Assembly: GCF_009914755.1 (NCBI RefSeq)
Contig: NC_060946.1
DNA: 64,000 bases
Origin: the human T2T-CHM13v2.0 reference genome, Homo sapiens
Direction: 5' to 3' (one strand)
Shown here: positions 1 to 18,600 of the stretch, piece after piece
How the letters are laid out: each line of letters starts with the position of its first letter
Position numbering within the stretch: position 1 is the stretch's first letter
Made by a program: the position numbers and the translations under genes
The notes under the pieces: model-generated
What the model saw: the letters and a program-made list of their open reading frames with translations, nothing else
The model's database searches: none
What the model was told of the DNA's origin: nothing

Positions 1-399
1 GAGGTACTGGTTTTCTATTCCAAGGCTGTTTTCTATACAAACATGCTTGAAAACAATCATTTGGAACAAGAAAGTCAGCGTCCATACTTGCAAAATGTGC
101 GGAAATTAAAGAGACCCAAAAATTGTTTCTCTACCAATTTCTATTTTTTTAAAATCACATTTTCCCCATATAATAAGCTTTTAATATATGATAATATTCT
201 GAAATTGTCTTAGCATTTACCCCCATTTCTGAGTCCAGAAGGATACAATAAATTTAATTTAATTTAGTAACACTTCAAATAGTAGTGATTGTAATAGCAG
301 AGCTAGTTTGTAGCATAAAGAAAAAATAATAATATTAGGTGACACAAATAATGCTAGCCACCATTTCTAAGTGTCATGGTAAGTACAGTGATTATTTTC

Positions 400-580
400 T
401 TTTTTTCTGACTCTTTTTTATTGTATTTTTAATTTTTTTCCCATAGGTTATTGGGGTACGGTGGTATTTGGTTCCATGCATAACTTCTTTACTGGTTATT
501 TGTGAGATTTGGGTGCACCTATCACCTGAACAGTGTACACTGCACCTTATTTGTTATCTTTTATCCCTCGCCCCCCTCCC
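400..580 (-). mobile_element. L1PB-type 3' UTR fragment
   Basis: T-rich tail followed by 'cataggttattggggtacggtggtatttggttccatg...gtgcacctatcacctgaacagtgtacactg', resembling the antisense L1PB 3' end. Confidence 0.7.
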
Positions 581-1299
581 TATTAAATAATAGACAAAAA
601 ATAATGGGTTTAGAATAAATGAGTTCAAATGAATTGTCAAACGTATGTGGGAAAAGTGGAATCAGTTTGTGAGAAAAAGGAAAAAAACTCAACAGAAATG
701 CTGATAAAGCATCATCCCTTCATGGCTAGAGCTGCCAGGACACTAGAACACCAAAATCAGCTAGGGAAATTTTGTAGAAGTCCCAGATGTACTAGATGTT
801 CTGTGAATACACAGAGATATAATTATAACTGTTACCTGCATGTAGAGTAAAGATGAGAAGGCATTGGTCATGGTGGCAGCTACCTCAGGAGTTACAAAGC
901 AGACGTGGTTCCAGGACAGTGTATGTCAGGGCAAAGCTGTCCTAGTAGGCTATTAGGAGTTGGTTACGGCACAGACATTGTAAGTCAGATGGTCTCATTA
1001 CTTTCAATGACAAAACCAAAATTACTTTTGCATCAGCCAATACAACGGCCTGGCAAGAGCACAGAAAAAGGCCCTGTGCTGTTAGGTGGGGACCTCTGAT
1101 GCAGCACAATTCCTTCATTCCCTTCTCCAAAACCTCCTCTTCCAATTCCACTGAAGAGAGAATCTGATGGAAGTCCTGTGTAAGCAGGCTCAGATATATC
1201 TACCACTATAGATAGTAGAGGTGATTCATAAATCCAAGCCTATCAAATACATCATAAAAAAGTTACACGTTTAATTTTTTTTGAAATTAGGGATCATGA

Positions 1300-1799
1300 T
1301 ATGAAAGTTATCAGAATCAAAACTGTCAGTAATCTTTAAAAAGAAAAGAAAAAACCTGGACAAATAGATTCAGAGAAGGCCTTGAAGAGAGGGTTCTCAT
1401 GCTTCTAGGCCTGATACAAACTATCACAAAATACCACAAAATCCACAACCTTGCACAAAGGCCATAGCAACCTTACACGAAATACACTTCTGTGAGGACA
1501 TCTATCCAGCAACCACCTGCTCAAACTTCAACTGACATCGACCTTGTTGTTGATCTTTATAGTCAAAGATAACTATAACAAAACAATTATAGAAGCCTCT
1601 TCATTTTTCCTTTATTTATTTTTTTCTACTCCCCCATAATTCCAGGTTGATCGCTTTTCTTTTAAAGACCTTGTCTTCCTTTACCATTTGAATCTACACA
1701 GTTTGCTTTGTCATGCATATTCCCATTGCAGCGCCCTCCTCCCTAAGATGTGTCTTTTTCCTTTAGAGAACCTTTCTCTGTTTGTTATTTAGGTTTACA
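1300..1799 (+). mobile_element. Solo LTR, ERV1 MER4-group (MER34-like)
   Basis: Starts t(a)tgaaagttatcagaatcaaaa and ends aggtttaca. Flanked by a 4-bp TSD ATGA (1296-1299 and 1800-1803). Family name from recalled consensus. Confidence 0.65.
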
Positions 1800-3109
1800 A
1801 TGAGAAGGCGTGTAAAGTAATTTTACTGTCTTCCTAGGAAAAAATCACTGACTTATAATATTTATATTTATTTATTTACATTCCTGGGGATGAGGAATTA
1901 AAGATTTCACAAATTTTCTTATTGAGAAGATCGAAGTTTTCATGTGAGCAAAACTGAATATGCAAATTGATATGTAAATTATGCTGCAGATAATATGCTC
2001 AAATGTTTACTTGTATTTAATTTGTTACACATGAATATTGCATATGTAAGATAATATACTAAGAAATTATCACATTTAATGAAATGCTTTAATCAAATTA
2101 CTGATTGAATTTTTGATATCAATATCTTTTTCCTTGTTTAATCCATCTTTAGAGTGAACAGGGCTGTCTAGGCCAAAGTCCTCACTTCTATCTAAATTGT
2201 CTGAGTTACAGAACTTTTTGAATTTATTATGTTGTCACAGGAAGTTTCTTATTGCCTTTTTAAAGGAGTTGCTCTCAATATGATGCGGAATCCAAAAGCA
2301 CTGAAGGGCATATATCCTGAGTTTCTGTTACTGAAGCCAAAGGTTGCCAATTTCTTGTAGATCCTGCTAGAGTTAAACTTCATTTAAGTAATCATTAAAA
2401 GCTGCATTTATTCCCTCACTTGAACTTTTGATTTCACACTATTAGGACTAATCCTCTAAGTCTTTGCTAAGTTATGTTCCTCCTTTTCTTGTGGCTTGAC
2501 TCTGATGCTCTCTATATGCAACATCAATTGATGTAAAGTACATTCAGGGCAAGAGAGTTTCTTTAAATATTACTTTGTTATTCAAAATAATCACAAAAGC
2601 ACTCATCGTAGGAAAACTTGTGAGGACTCAAATATAGGGAAATACTTTTTCTTTCTAAGGCACAATTCTCTAAAGAAGTTCACCTTAATTTGAATATACA
2701 TGGGAAAATATCCTTGTTCACTAATAGTCTATATTCACTCTGTTTTCTTCCCTCATAGACCAGCCGGTTCACTATTATTTTCCAAATGATGTTTGCCTCT
2801 CTAGAGTCCAGGCTATCTGCATATCTACTTTTTCCCACAAATTACTGTTTTGAATTGCACTGAATTCAATTCAAAGGGATGTCATTTATAAACAGTGCAA
2901 ATATATACTGCACGAGGGATCTTAGAAATCATACACATGGTTTGATCCATAAGCTCATATGAGCGTGCAATGTCAACTTCTTTCATGTTTTTTTAAGTCC
3001 ACTTAAATTCTATTTTAAGCCACCATCTGCCTGTGCTGTTAGGGCAGTTAGCCTTCAATCATTTTAAGATGCTCCTCTCTAAGTACCGTGATAATGATAG
3101 AGATATCAC

Positions 3110-3500
3110 CAGTCAGGTGTCCTAGGAAGCCGACTCCGAGTTGGAGATTTGCATGCAAGGAGGTTGAAATGATATTCCCAACACCTGTGGAAGAGTGAAA
3201 GCAATAGGATTGGGCGGAGCAGGAAGTCGGCTAGAATGCAATCACTATCATGGCTGCAGTCCACTCTACAGGGATCTTGGTGAGTTTACCTAATGACCTC
3301 GAATTGGAGCAAGAAAACCAGGCCATTATATTTCTGTACCAAGCAGTTCTCGGATGTGGGATGCCCTGAGAAGGGACATGAACTTGGATGAAGGAACTTT
3401 ACTGTGCTGTGAGTATTGTTGCCAGGAGTCAGCTGTCAACACTCCCAGGAGACGGGAAATTATGCTTTAGTCACTGAGGCGGCATCTAGTGTCAGACCAC
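3110..3500. mobile_element. Ancient ERVL-type LTR remnant (LTR16/LTR33-like)
   Basis: 'ggaagccgactccgagttggagatttgcatgcaaggagg...aacacctgtggaagagtg' motif; boundaries approximate. Confidence 0.4.
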
Positions 3501-4145
3501 AGCCTTGTTAAACAGAGCCAGACTTTGGAGGATGGTTGGTGGGTTTAAAATTTGGGGCTTGACATCTTGTCCCCACAAGCTGCTGCTGGCCTCTTCCTTG
3601 TCCATTTCTGTGTGGCCTGTTTAGGCCCCCCAGCTTCCTGCTTCTTCTTTACCATATTTGGAATGCAAAAATCTACACGTAATTTGGCCCATGGTCCCTT
3701 CTGCTTAGACATATCCTTGTAGCTATTTTTTTTTTTTAAAGATGACTATGTCTTCTAGAATATTTCTAAGAAATTGCCTAAGTCACCACTGCTCACCAAG
3801 AGGCCTTTGTTTTTTCCTCTTCTTAACCATGGGAAAGGAATGTAGGAGGGTAGGGAGTGGATATTTTCTAACCTGGAAAAAACTCATTTTACCCTATATA
3901 ATTTTTTTTAGCAAATTCCTTCTTTGCACTTACTCCACAATCTTTCCAAATTCTCCCAAATGCTCAAGCTTTTAAAAAACAAAAGACAGAAAGATAGCAG
4001 GTTATTAGGTTTTCCACCAAACTTTTTCTTTCTATTCCTTTACATCAGTGAGCTTAGAATAACTCTGCTCCTGGAACTGGGAAAGGGACTTGGGAAAAGA
4101 AAGAAAAAAAAAGCTCCCAAAGTTTAGCATCACAAAACATTATAG

Positions 4146-4466
<321 letters not shown>

Positions 4467-6899
4467 CTGCTTTGTAAGTTTTACATCATATATCCCCTGT
4501 GTTAGACCAAGAGCTTGTAAAAGCCAGAAGACATACACCAGTTATCGTTCAATTAGAGATGTTCACTGATAAAACTGATTCTTCCATCTGAGGGTGGTAA
4601 TTGTAGTTACAGTAATGTAGATGACAATCTAAGTTATGTTCTATAAACTGTGTCACTGACATCTCAATCTACAGCTAACTTTGATTTTTTAAAAGCAGAG
4701 GAGTGGGTTGTATAGGTTTAGAAATACATCCATCAAGCTAGTTAAGTGAGATGGATTCAAGCCTTCAACTCACTGGAATATTTACCAAATTGACTATTCA
4801 TTAGCTAAAGGAGCCATATAAACAAGGTACTTTTTAAAATTCAAAATTATGTAAGGTTTTATTTCCTTTTTATGTTGTTATGAATTGGATTGTAGAGGTT
4901 ATAAGGTAAAATAAGATTACTTTTACAGTAAAACATACAACACATTGTCGCAAGAGGGCAGCCTTTGAACACGAATTGCTTCTCAGGCATTCCTTGAAAT
5001 TTTGAGACAGTTACTTTAATTAACACAACAAAATAATAAAACACTACAGAGGATCTAAGAAGATACTTTGACTTATGCATATTGTTACTTTTTTATTACT
5101 GCTAGTGGAAGATGTAATCGACAAGGAAGGTAAGGGCTGAATTTGTTTTATGTAAAAAGACAAATTTCTTTGGGTTTTAGCTTTCAAACATCAAGATAGT
5201 AGGTCAATGTCTAAATGAGTGTATCAAAGTTCTCACAATGGCACATGTAAATCCACCTCTTGTCTACCCAAAACTCTAACCAAGCAAAGGCAAGTTGGAA
5301 GAATCAGACAAATGTAAGTCCCTAGGATACATAAATGCCACGGGATTTTATGTTTTTAACTTTCAACCTCCTAAGTTTCACTAAGAGACATGTTATTTGG
5401 AGAGGTTGCTAAAGTGTATTTGTATGATGTCTCTGTTTACGGTTGGTCTGGACCTCTTTCTGTCCAGTGGTTGCCCTCAACTGATGAGAGTCACCTCTCT
5501 AAAGATCATGCTTACGTCCCTGGAGCAGTCCGCAGCACTATCAATGTCTGACGTCCACCTTTTTCCAATTAATATTTCTGTACTTACTGAATTGGAAAAC
5601 ATACAGGTGTTTTTTGCCTGGTCACTTGTGGTTTTACAACACTCCCCCCGCTTCCCCACCACTGCCCCAGGTGATTTTGATGCCAGCCAAAGTGTGAGAA
5701 CTACTGGCAGCTGCTGGCCGACAGCAGCAAAGGCCCAAATCCTCTGTGTGACTTCAAGACCCGTATCTGGTTTTCAGCCATATTTCCTTCTCCTTCTCAC
5801 AGCTGAGTCCACTCCTCCTCCCTCACCACCTGTAGGCTATGCTTTCCAGCCTGTGTCCAGGATTAGTCCTGATGTAAGGCACGTGGGGTTTAAGGAGCTC
5901 TCTCTTCAGTCTTATTTCCACACCATCTCTGACAGATATATTCCAGTTGTAATCATGGGGCTACCTCCTCTTGTTTCCAGTCCCAATCTCGTTTTCTCTA
6001 TCACATTCTACCTTGTAATAACCTAAATCTTCTGGTGGGCAAGCTTCTTCCTCAATCAAATTTGTGTTTATGATTGTGTTGGGGATTGGCATAGTAATCC
6101 AGGTACTGCTACTGCCTTGAAAGCGGAGACTGCATCCTTCTGTCTGGATATCTTGAGTTTCTGGATTGTAAACCTTATTAGGGCCCATTTTTCCTAGAAT
6201 TGGAGCCTCTACTTTGTTCTTGCTACTTTAGTTCACCCAGAAAGCACGATCTCTGCCTGAATTTCAAAGTGTTGGCTAGTTTAAATATCCATTTGTGAGA
6301 CTTTTGTCTTCCTGCGGGGTGATTTTTTCATCTTACATATCATTGCTAATCTTTTTACCTTGAATATAATTGAAATAGTTTTAATCTGTGTTACCAGCAA
6401 CAAGAACCCCTTTTATGAGATGAAGAGGCCAGGTCAGTCTCATAACTTGTGTACCCCTCCGTGTGTTGAATTTATGTCAGAGCCAGGTTCTTTCCTATTT
6501 GATGTCTCTCACCAAATTCCAGTGTTTATGTCCTAGGAGGTGCCCAATAAATTCTAGAGTTGATACAAGCTGTAATTTTAGAGAAATTAAATTAGCAAGT
6601 AGAATTAGATTATATACAACCTAATCAACTTTTTTTTTTTCCCTGAGGATGACCAAGATTTGGGCTTCAGTGACAATAGTTATCCCCTAAATATTTATAC
6701 TCAATCTAGGATCACCAGTAAAATGTTGAATAGAGGTGATGAACACACACATCTTTTTCTTGTCCTAATCTATGTGGTTTAAACATTTACGCTTTCACAA
6801 TTAAATATAATATTGTTTATATGTTTTGTTGTGGATGCTTTCCACCACTTCTAGAAAATTTCTTTTTCTAACTTGCTGAGAGTTTTTTTTTTTAATCAG

Positions 6900-7520
6900 C
6901 AATAGATATTTCTCCAAAGAAAATATCCAAATTACCAACAGGTACATGAAAAAAATGCTCAGCATCACTAATCATCAGGGAAATGCAAATCAAAACCACA
7001 AAGAGATATTGCCTCAAGCCTGTTAGAATGGTCTGATTAAAAGAAAAAGATAACGAGTGTTAACAATGGGGAGAAATTGGAACACTTGTACAGTGTTTCT
7101 GGGAAAGTAAAACTGTGCAGCCTCTATGGAAAACAGTACAGTTGTTCCTCAAAAAAATTAAGAAAGTAGAACTACCATATGATCTAGCAATCTCACTTCA
7201 GGTTATTTATCTGAAAGAATTGAGATTGGGATGATTCTCAGGCTCATTGCAGCATTATTTACACTAATCAAAATGTGGAAATAAGGTTAATGTTTATTGG
7301 CAGATGAATAGATAAAGAAAATGTGGTATATTCATACAACGGAATATTATTCAGCTTTAAAACAAGAAAATCCGGCAATATGCAACATGGATGAACCTAG
7401 AGGACATTAATGCTACGTAAAGTAAATCAGTCACAGAAGGACAAACTGTATGATTCCACTTGTATAAAGTATCTAAGATAGCCAAATTAATTAGAATCAC
7501 AGATTAGAATGGTGATAGCC
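6900..7520 (+). mobile_element. Old L1 (L1MA/MB-type) ORF2-end and 3' UTR fragment, nested in an older antisense L1M
   Basis: 'aaatgctcagcatcactaatcatcagggaaatgcaaatcaaaaccac' and 'atggatgaacctagaggacatt' motifs. Confidence 0.8.
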
Positions 7521-11100
<3,580 letters not shown>

Positions 11101-13092
11101 TTTTTTTTAGAGTTAATAGTTTTTTTCCCTGCATTTGAGTTAGACCTGAGCTACTACCACATTTTGTAATTCAAACTTCTTGTCTAACAATGTTTTAAAA
11201 AACTCTTTATTTGGAGGGAATTCTCAAATTTCTAAATACTCTACAAACATTAGGATCAGGGCTCACATTCCCAGTTTCCCTTGTAGTCAGATGTGCATAT
11301 CGAACATGGCCTCAGCTAATGAAGCATACCCACATATTTGAAAGTAAGAAAAGTGTTAAGAGGAACTGTAGATATCATTTTAGTTGATTTAAGGATGGAA
11401 AATAAATAACCAACTTTCACTGGTGAACTTTGTCTTCAATCATTGTTTTCCCGTGGGTAAGCGGCTAATTTTCTGGCCTAGAGGTGAAATTGGTGTGTTG
11501 GTAAGAATTGATTTAATGATAACCTGCTTTTGTCTTTTTAAAAATTGTGAATCCACCATTGTTTCTGGTCCTGTTTTATACTTATGCAGTGTATAATCTC
11601 TCATGCAAAATTTAGTTCTTTGTTTCTCAGCTTAAACTGGATTTTGATGAGCAGTTTTCACCTTCAAATGAAAGAAATGGCTTTGGTTGATGTTAGACAA
11701 AAATAACAAGAAGGAATTAAAGAAATTTGTTTGTCATCTTGTAACATTAAATAAATGAAACTGAAAATTCAACAATTCTGTTTCATAAAAAAGTAGAAAG
11801 TTTCTACTGTTTTTCATTATTTTCAAAGCTATATCATTAAATGAAATTTCTGCCTCATGGAAGGTTTTTAGAACTATGTAATAATACCATACAGACCATT
11901 AGGAGAGAAATGAATAAAGACTGAAAGAAGTAAGCACTGTGTGGTAACATAGATGGTGCACAGTTGTGTGTGTGGAGCCCTAATACATTTGACCATGGAA
12001 TTTATACAATAAATGTCAGTTTCCTGTGAACCTGCTAATTAATATGACTTTCGCAGACCTTTCCTTAACCTAAACTGTTTAGGTTTCCTGTCGACAGACT
12101 GCATGTATTCTCACCTTTAACCTTTCCATAATCTTCCCTAATTACAGATGTCATTGGTTCTTAATAGCAAAAGAACAGCAGTAGCTTATAAAGTTATATT
12201 ATTTGTTTTTTACTAATATGTGAAGTGATTTTGTCTTTCATTTCACCTCTAGAGCTAATTATGTCTTCTAGGTTAACAAAAATTCCAGATCATACCATCA
12301 TTAGTTTAAACTTTACAATGAAATCATTATTTCCATTTATTACTAGCCTGCATTATAGCAATGTTTAGCTAATGAATTCTCAAAATATTTCTTGAAAGGT
12401 GAAAGAGTACCTCAAGTAAATGATGTAATTTATTTATTTATCAGAATTTTAAATTAAGTGTTCTGTTTAATCTCAAAGGGGTACCAATGAAGTCAGGGCA
12501 TAAGGACTCTGGTTAATAAAACGGTAAGAATTAAAAAAGATTATTACATTTTTCCTCATACTATGATGGCTATAATTTTTAAAACAGTAGAAATGTTTAA
12601 TTTTTAAAGGCTACTAGTGTCTATTTCATTCAAAGATGTGAGCTCTTCAGTTCAACTTGTTGTTTGAAATTTGAACAGCTTTTTCTTGCTTTTGTTCAAT
12701 ACAGTTATTTAACAGTCCAGGCAGGCCTCCGGAGTTACATATATGTATGTGGCTATGTGTGTATATATACATAGAAGTACAAATAACATATAAACAATTT
12801 ACATAAGACTTTTGCTTTTGATGAAAATTCTTCTAAAAGTGAATATAAATTAATAGCATATGGAGCCTACAAAAATTGTCCAATAGGGAACTAGGAAAAG
12901 ATAATTTGTGAAGAAAAAGTTTGCTAAAACAGACTTTTTATTTTTACATGTAATAACTTTATATTGAAGGGTTTCCAGAAATATAAAATGTTATAGGGCA
13001 CTTATCCTGAGACACATGAAGGAGACAAGGGATAGAGCTAGGATGGAAGTGAAAATAAAGGACAAATAGAGATAGATACTTAAGTGGAAATG

Positions 13093-13340
13093 AAACACTG
13101 CATGTTCTCACTCATAGGTGGGAATTGAACAATGAGAACACATGCACACAGGAAGGGGAACATCACACACCAGGGCCTGTTGTGGGGTGGGGAGAGGGGG
13201 TAGGGATAGTATTAGGAGATATACCTAATGCTAAATGACAAGTTAATGGGTGCAGCACACCAACATGGCACATGTATACATATGTAATTAAATTGCACGT
13301 TGTGCACATGTGCCCTAAAACTTAAAGTATAAAAAAAAAA
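13093..13340 (+). mobile_element. L1PA (PA3/4-like) 3' end, 5'-truncated
   Basis: 'catgttctcactcataggtgggaattgaacaatgag...ccctaaaacttaaagtat' followed by poly(A). Confidence 0.92.
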
Positions 13341-15258
13341 TCATCAAACAGGAGGTAATTTCAAAACATGGCTTTTCCAGGCAGCAAATTTTCTGAATGT
13401 ATCGCAAAAGAAGATAAATTGCATGTCTATGTAGATCATGTCAATGAAATAAACAATAAAGTTACTTATTGGAATATTGAAAGTGGTTGATAATAAATAA
13501 ATTATTTATATTTATGGTAAAAGCAATAAACTTGATTTTTAGGGGGTTCAATGACTTCCTGAAAATATCCTCTCACAGATTTTCTCAGAGTGTCTAGTTG
13601 GCAAAAGCACAGCTCCAAATAGCTATTTCTGTCAACGTCTACAGAACATTTACAGTTTGATTTCTAAAAGTTTCCATTTCTACTGACCTTACAAATTTGT
13701 AAAGTGAATGCCCACCAGGACAAAATATTAAGTGATAAAATTAATTGGATCCTACAAGTGCAAATCTAGGCAAGGAAAATCTTCTTCCTTCTTAATGAAT
13801 GATTTTTATGTCTCTTCATTCTTGTCCTTCTAGGTAGAGCAACACTCTGGAGACCTTCTTTTGAGGCATTTCACCACCAGAGTAAGTGTGATGTGTGAGT
13901 AATTAGTCCACCCACAGGGAGCTGGTGAAATTAAATTGGAAGTTATTTCCTAACTGGCATATCTTGGAGTAAAATTAATCTAATAACAGCTTTCATAAGA
14001 GAGCATAAGCTTAAAAGACAACATTTTTCATTCAACTTTACCAAACAAAGTGCAAATTTAGGTGTCCAGTTGTGAAGTTTTGTTGTGTGTGGATTGTACA
14101 GTGAAGGTACCAGTGGACAACAGTTGCTCATCAAGCAAGTTTATACAAAAGCTTTCGGACAAGTCCAACTCTAGATAAAATTCTAAAGTATTTCATGCTT
14201 GTGTTCAGAGTTTCTTTTTCTCTCTCCAAGGTAACCCACATATCAAAAGACATATGGGTTGTGGGTAGAACTTCCTAAAATTGCTGGTGAGAAGTGTGCC
14301 ATGCATAAGCATACTTCACTAGCTTGAATTTTCTGTTAGTCTCACAGGCAACAATTACAATCCTGTATGATTTTCTAACTCCACACACTCCTGAACATAG
14401 AAAGACCAAGTAACATCCCTGGTTAAGATGTGTACAGGTTCCAAGACATGTCTAAATATATTCACCAAGAGGTTTATTATTTTCACAGTGGCATTCACTA
14501 AATCAGTTGTCAGTGTAGCATTACTCAAGGAATAAGCAGGGTCTTTAATTTATCAAAGTTTGGAGTGCACCCCAAGTTGGATCACTGAAGCACATAACTA
14601 TAGATAAGATCACTCAAAAGCACAAATCCAGGTAATAAATATTCACTAGTAGTTTATATGCATTTAGCAATTTGAATGCTGGGAAGTGTAGCCCAGAAAA
14701 TCAATCGACATGGAGCTATTAAAGAGGCATTCATGGCACCTGCACTTTGAATCTCTTCAGACTCAGGTTAAACAGGAGACATGTTAGCTCATGTATAGTG
14801 CAAAAACCCGTCCTCTTTCCCTTTTTATCTATGGACCTGCCCTTTTCAATGTTATCTAGATGCCTGAAGGTATGAATACCCTTGATCTTGGTAAAAAATG
14901 GTACCACCCGTCAGCAAAATCTCACTGATCAGTGTCTATGTTACCTCACTGAGTTAGCCTTTTGTGTTGTTGTGGCCCAGAATGACAATGTTGACACAAT
15001 CCAAACCAGTAGTTGGGAAGTTAATGTTGGATGCATCTTTGACAATTGATGGAATGACCTGAAATCAAATGTGAGGCAGTGGAGACACAAGAATGCTATT
15101 CAGGAAGTTAGTGATCTGTGGAGATACTAAATGAAATATCTGGAAGGAAATGTAATCTTGCAACTATGCTTTTATGTGTTTTTTGACATAAACAGTTTCT
15201 ATTTATGGTGGAGCTAGAGTGTCCATTTCCCATGAAGTTCCCTTAGTGTTAACTAATA

Positions 15259-15633
15259 CAGTCATGTGTCACTTAATGACAGGGGTGTGTCTGAGAAATG
15301 CATTGCTGGACGATTTTATTATTGTGTGAACATCACAGAGTTTACTTACACAAACCTAGATGCTATAGCTGATTACATATCTAGGTTAGGTGGTATAGCC
15401 TATTCCTCCTAGGCTACAAACCTGTGCAGCATGTTACTGTACTGAATACTGTAGGCAATTGTAACACAACAGTTAAGTATATCTATACTTACTTATATCT
15501 ATACAGTAAGTGTATCTATACATGTCTAAACATACAAGAGGTACAGTAAAAGTACAGCGTTATGATTTTATTGCACCACTGTCATACATGTGCACTATCC
15601 TTGACCAAAATGTTGTTATGTGATGCATGATTG
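15259..15633. mobile_element. Tigger3 (MER7)-type non-autonomous DNA transposon
   Basis: TIRs cagtcatgtgtcacttaatgac / gttgttatgtgatgcatgattg, with TA dinucleotides on both flanks. Confidence 0.8.
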
Positions 15634-16562
15634 TAACAAAAGAATTAATTAAATATAATATTGAAGTGCCTATTGAGATTTCAATGAAGAGAGGAATATT
15701 TGTAAATTCTGATTACCTTAAGTGGGAATTGACTTTCTTCCTGTTTCCATGGCTGTTCTTGTGAAAGAGCATAGCTTTCCAAAGACCTGAAATCTCTGAC
15801 AAATCTTGCAATTCTCTATTGCCTGCATTATGAAGGTCACCTGGTATCAAATGAGGCAAAATGGTAGATTATAAAGACCTGTACTTGTCAGTTCCTAAAC
15901 ATAGCAAGCCTTGGTCTATCTTGAACATTTCTGCAGTTATAAATGAGCCTTGGGTCATGATTTTCTGCCTTTTTATCATAGACAAGATTTAATTTAGGAG
16001 ATGTCCTTTTAATGTGTAATGTGAATAGTAAGTGACACTTATGAAGCCTATTTTCTTCCAGCCATTTTAATTGTCAAATCTGTCCAGTCAAGATGCATTG
16101 TTAGAGGCTTCACTGACAACACCGTCTGTGTGTGTGGCTGTGTGTGTGTGTATACATACATATGATTGTGCAGGATTTATTGTAAGTCAAAACAGTCTCA
16201 AATTTCTTTGGACAATACAGCTTCCTTGGCCATTCCCTTGGAGCTCTGAGTTGAGGAGCTGGTGATGTGTATTTCTCTTGCATGTTCTCCACATTATCCC
16301 TATGCAGGTCTTCCATGGGCTTGGTTTTGGAACCAGTGATGAGGAAGATCACTAGAATTGTTGTTGTCAAAAAGATTCCTCCATTCTTCTGTATAAGCAA
16401 TGGCAATTTTCCCTGACCAATATTTCTTCTTTTGAAATGGTAAATTTTGAATATTAACTGATTAGTATAATCCCATAAAATAACAAAGTTTGAGCCCTAT
16501 GATCTGTATTTTAGGCTAAAGTTGTGTTTTATGCTAAATCATCATTTACTCCATGTATGATC

Positions 16563-16740
16563 TTTTTTTTTTTTTTTTTTTTGAGACAGAGTCTCACACT
16601 GTCACTCAGGCTGGAGTGCAGTGGCACAATTTTGGCTTACTGCAAGCTCCGCCTCCCAGGTGCACACCATCCTCCTGCTTCAGCCTCCTGAGTAGCTGGG
16701 ACTACAGGTGCCCACCACCACACCCAGCTAATTGTTTTTT
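16563..16740 (-). mobile_element. AluY-like right monomer only (5'-truncated at the A-rich linker)
   Basis: poly(T) then gagacagagtctc...cacccagctaatt, followed by non-Alu sequence. Confidence 0.9.
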
Positions 16741-18394
16741 AAGATTAAGGGCGAAATAAAAGCTGCTCCCCTATATTACATTCATAAATCAGAATTATTA
16801 AAGCAAGCTATTTATTTATTACAAACACATACTCCAAATTTAGCATCTAAGACATGACAGTCTTTCAAGAGACATCAATTTACTTTTTAGGGTCTATAGC
16901 TATATTTGTATTCATGTTATTGGTGTCCATAATATTTCATTAGATGTTCTGGGTAAATTGATAAATGAAAATAATGTATGTGATAAGGAGAACAACCTAG
17001 GTCTCCTGGAGGGCCCCTTACAACTCAGCTGGTGTTAGCAGAAATGCCTGGGTGTAACAGTGAGAAACAACCTTTCAAAAGTATTGAGCAATTTTTCAGG
17101 CAGAGGAATATGTATGCCAATCCAGGCAGCCAGATAAGTGGAGGTCAGTTAAAAGATCAGTGTGTGATTACATTTTTTTTTAAGGTTTCTACTGAGAGGA
17201 AATATAACACTCAGTTATTATTTTCTCCGCATATCTCTGGTTATTTTGTCACAACTTTTTATGTAAGCTACTACCAAACACTGGGTTATCCAAGATCTAT
17301 GGGTCGTATTCAATATTTGCTTTTCCCTCAACTACTAACACGTTTGATTCCCTTTGTAACTTTCTCCCCTATTTCTCCTTTGAACCTGTTTTCCCCAACC
17401 ACACTGAGTTAATAAGCCTCCTATATACTCTCATACCCTGTTTTATCTAAAGAGATTTCCTTTTTCTACTATTATACCCACCTCATTCCTTAATTTTTTC
17501 TTCTTATTTCTCTCTCTATTTTTTACTCTTTTAGGCACAGCTCATGTCTCATGACTTTCAAAAAGTTTTTCTTCTGATATTCCCAGCTCGAATTAGGTGT
17601 ATCCCAATCAGTTTCCTTAGAATTACAAGTCTGCATATTATTGGCTTGCAATCTGTCTTAGGCTGGGAATTAGCTCCTTGTAGGCAGGGACTAGAATTTA
17701 TTTCCTCTTATGTCCATAATGCCTGACACAGGAACTATTCTCACATACAAATTGTAGGGCCATAATTCCTGAGAACATATGTATATTTTAGTGACTCATA
17801 AAGACTTGAAATACATTTTTAAAATGATTAATTGGGAAGTCCATGAACTTGACATCTTGATGTAGAAGAAAAGCAAGGGCAGATGAAGAAGTTATACACG
17901 ATACTTGAAATACCAGAAGAATATAATCAGAGAGCAATAAATTAATCCTAGATTTTTAGATGTGAAGAAGTTCTGAGAAATATTTGAAGACTTGGCTCTA
18001 GGGATGAGTACATAACAGAGACCAGTAGCCAGACTCAGAGCTTTAAAGAGTGAAGAAATGGCATTGCAGGGGGAAGGACTGTTGTATACTAAATAGAAAT
18101 TGTCATTAAATGGAAGACTAAGCAAGAGGCTGATGATCTGTGGATGAGAGACCAAAATGGTGTGGAGATAGAGGTAAATGCCATAATCTACAAAGAAGAT
18201 ATTTTTGTGCCAGAACGAAATGATAGGTCTAGAATGTAATAAAAGATAAATAGTTAACTACATTGTAATGTGGTCTGAGAACTCACTGAAGGCATAGCCA
18301 TTGATATTAACTTCCACTTTGCTTCCAGACAAAAGATTTTAAATATCTTAAAAATTACATTTGATATTGTATGATTCATCAAGACAAAGTAAAG

Positions 18395-18600
18395 CTGTAG
18401 TTGCCCTGGGCGGGTGGGGAATGGGGAGTCACTTTTAATGGGTACAGGATTTCAATTTTAAAAGACAAAAAGAATTATGGAGATGGGTGGTGGTGATGCT
18501 TGCACAACATTGTGAATACATTTAATGACACCGAATTGTATAATTAACAGTGGTTAAGATGCAAATTGTTGAGTGTGTTTTGCCACAATTAAAAAACAGA
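18395..18600 (+). mobile_element. L1MB-type 3' terminal fragment
   Basis: 'tttaatgggtacaggatttc...gatgggtggtggtgatgcttgcacaacattgtgaat...ccacaattaaaaaa'. Confidence 0.7.

Noticed and set aside
5397-6026. 209-aa ORF
   Set aside because: Starts at TTG, has no recognisable domain, overlaps a MER5-like remnant (~5650-5710) and shows no exon context.
13834-13881. Possible 48-nt exon (polypyrimidine-TAG acceptor, GTAAGT donor; VEQHSGDLLLRHFTTR)
   Set aside because: No recognisable protein or partner exons; such site pairs arise by chance in 50 kb. RNA-seq would be needed.
16110-16406. 98-aa minus-strand ORF with a hydrophobic stretch
   Set aside because: Non-ATG start, runs into a (TG)n microsatellite, and has no family resemblance that I recognise.
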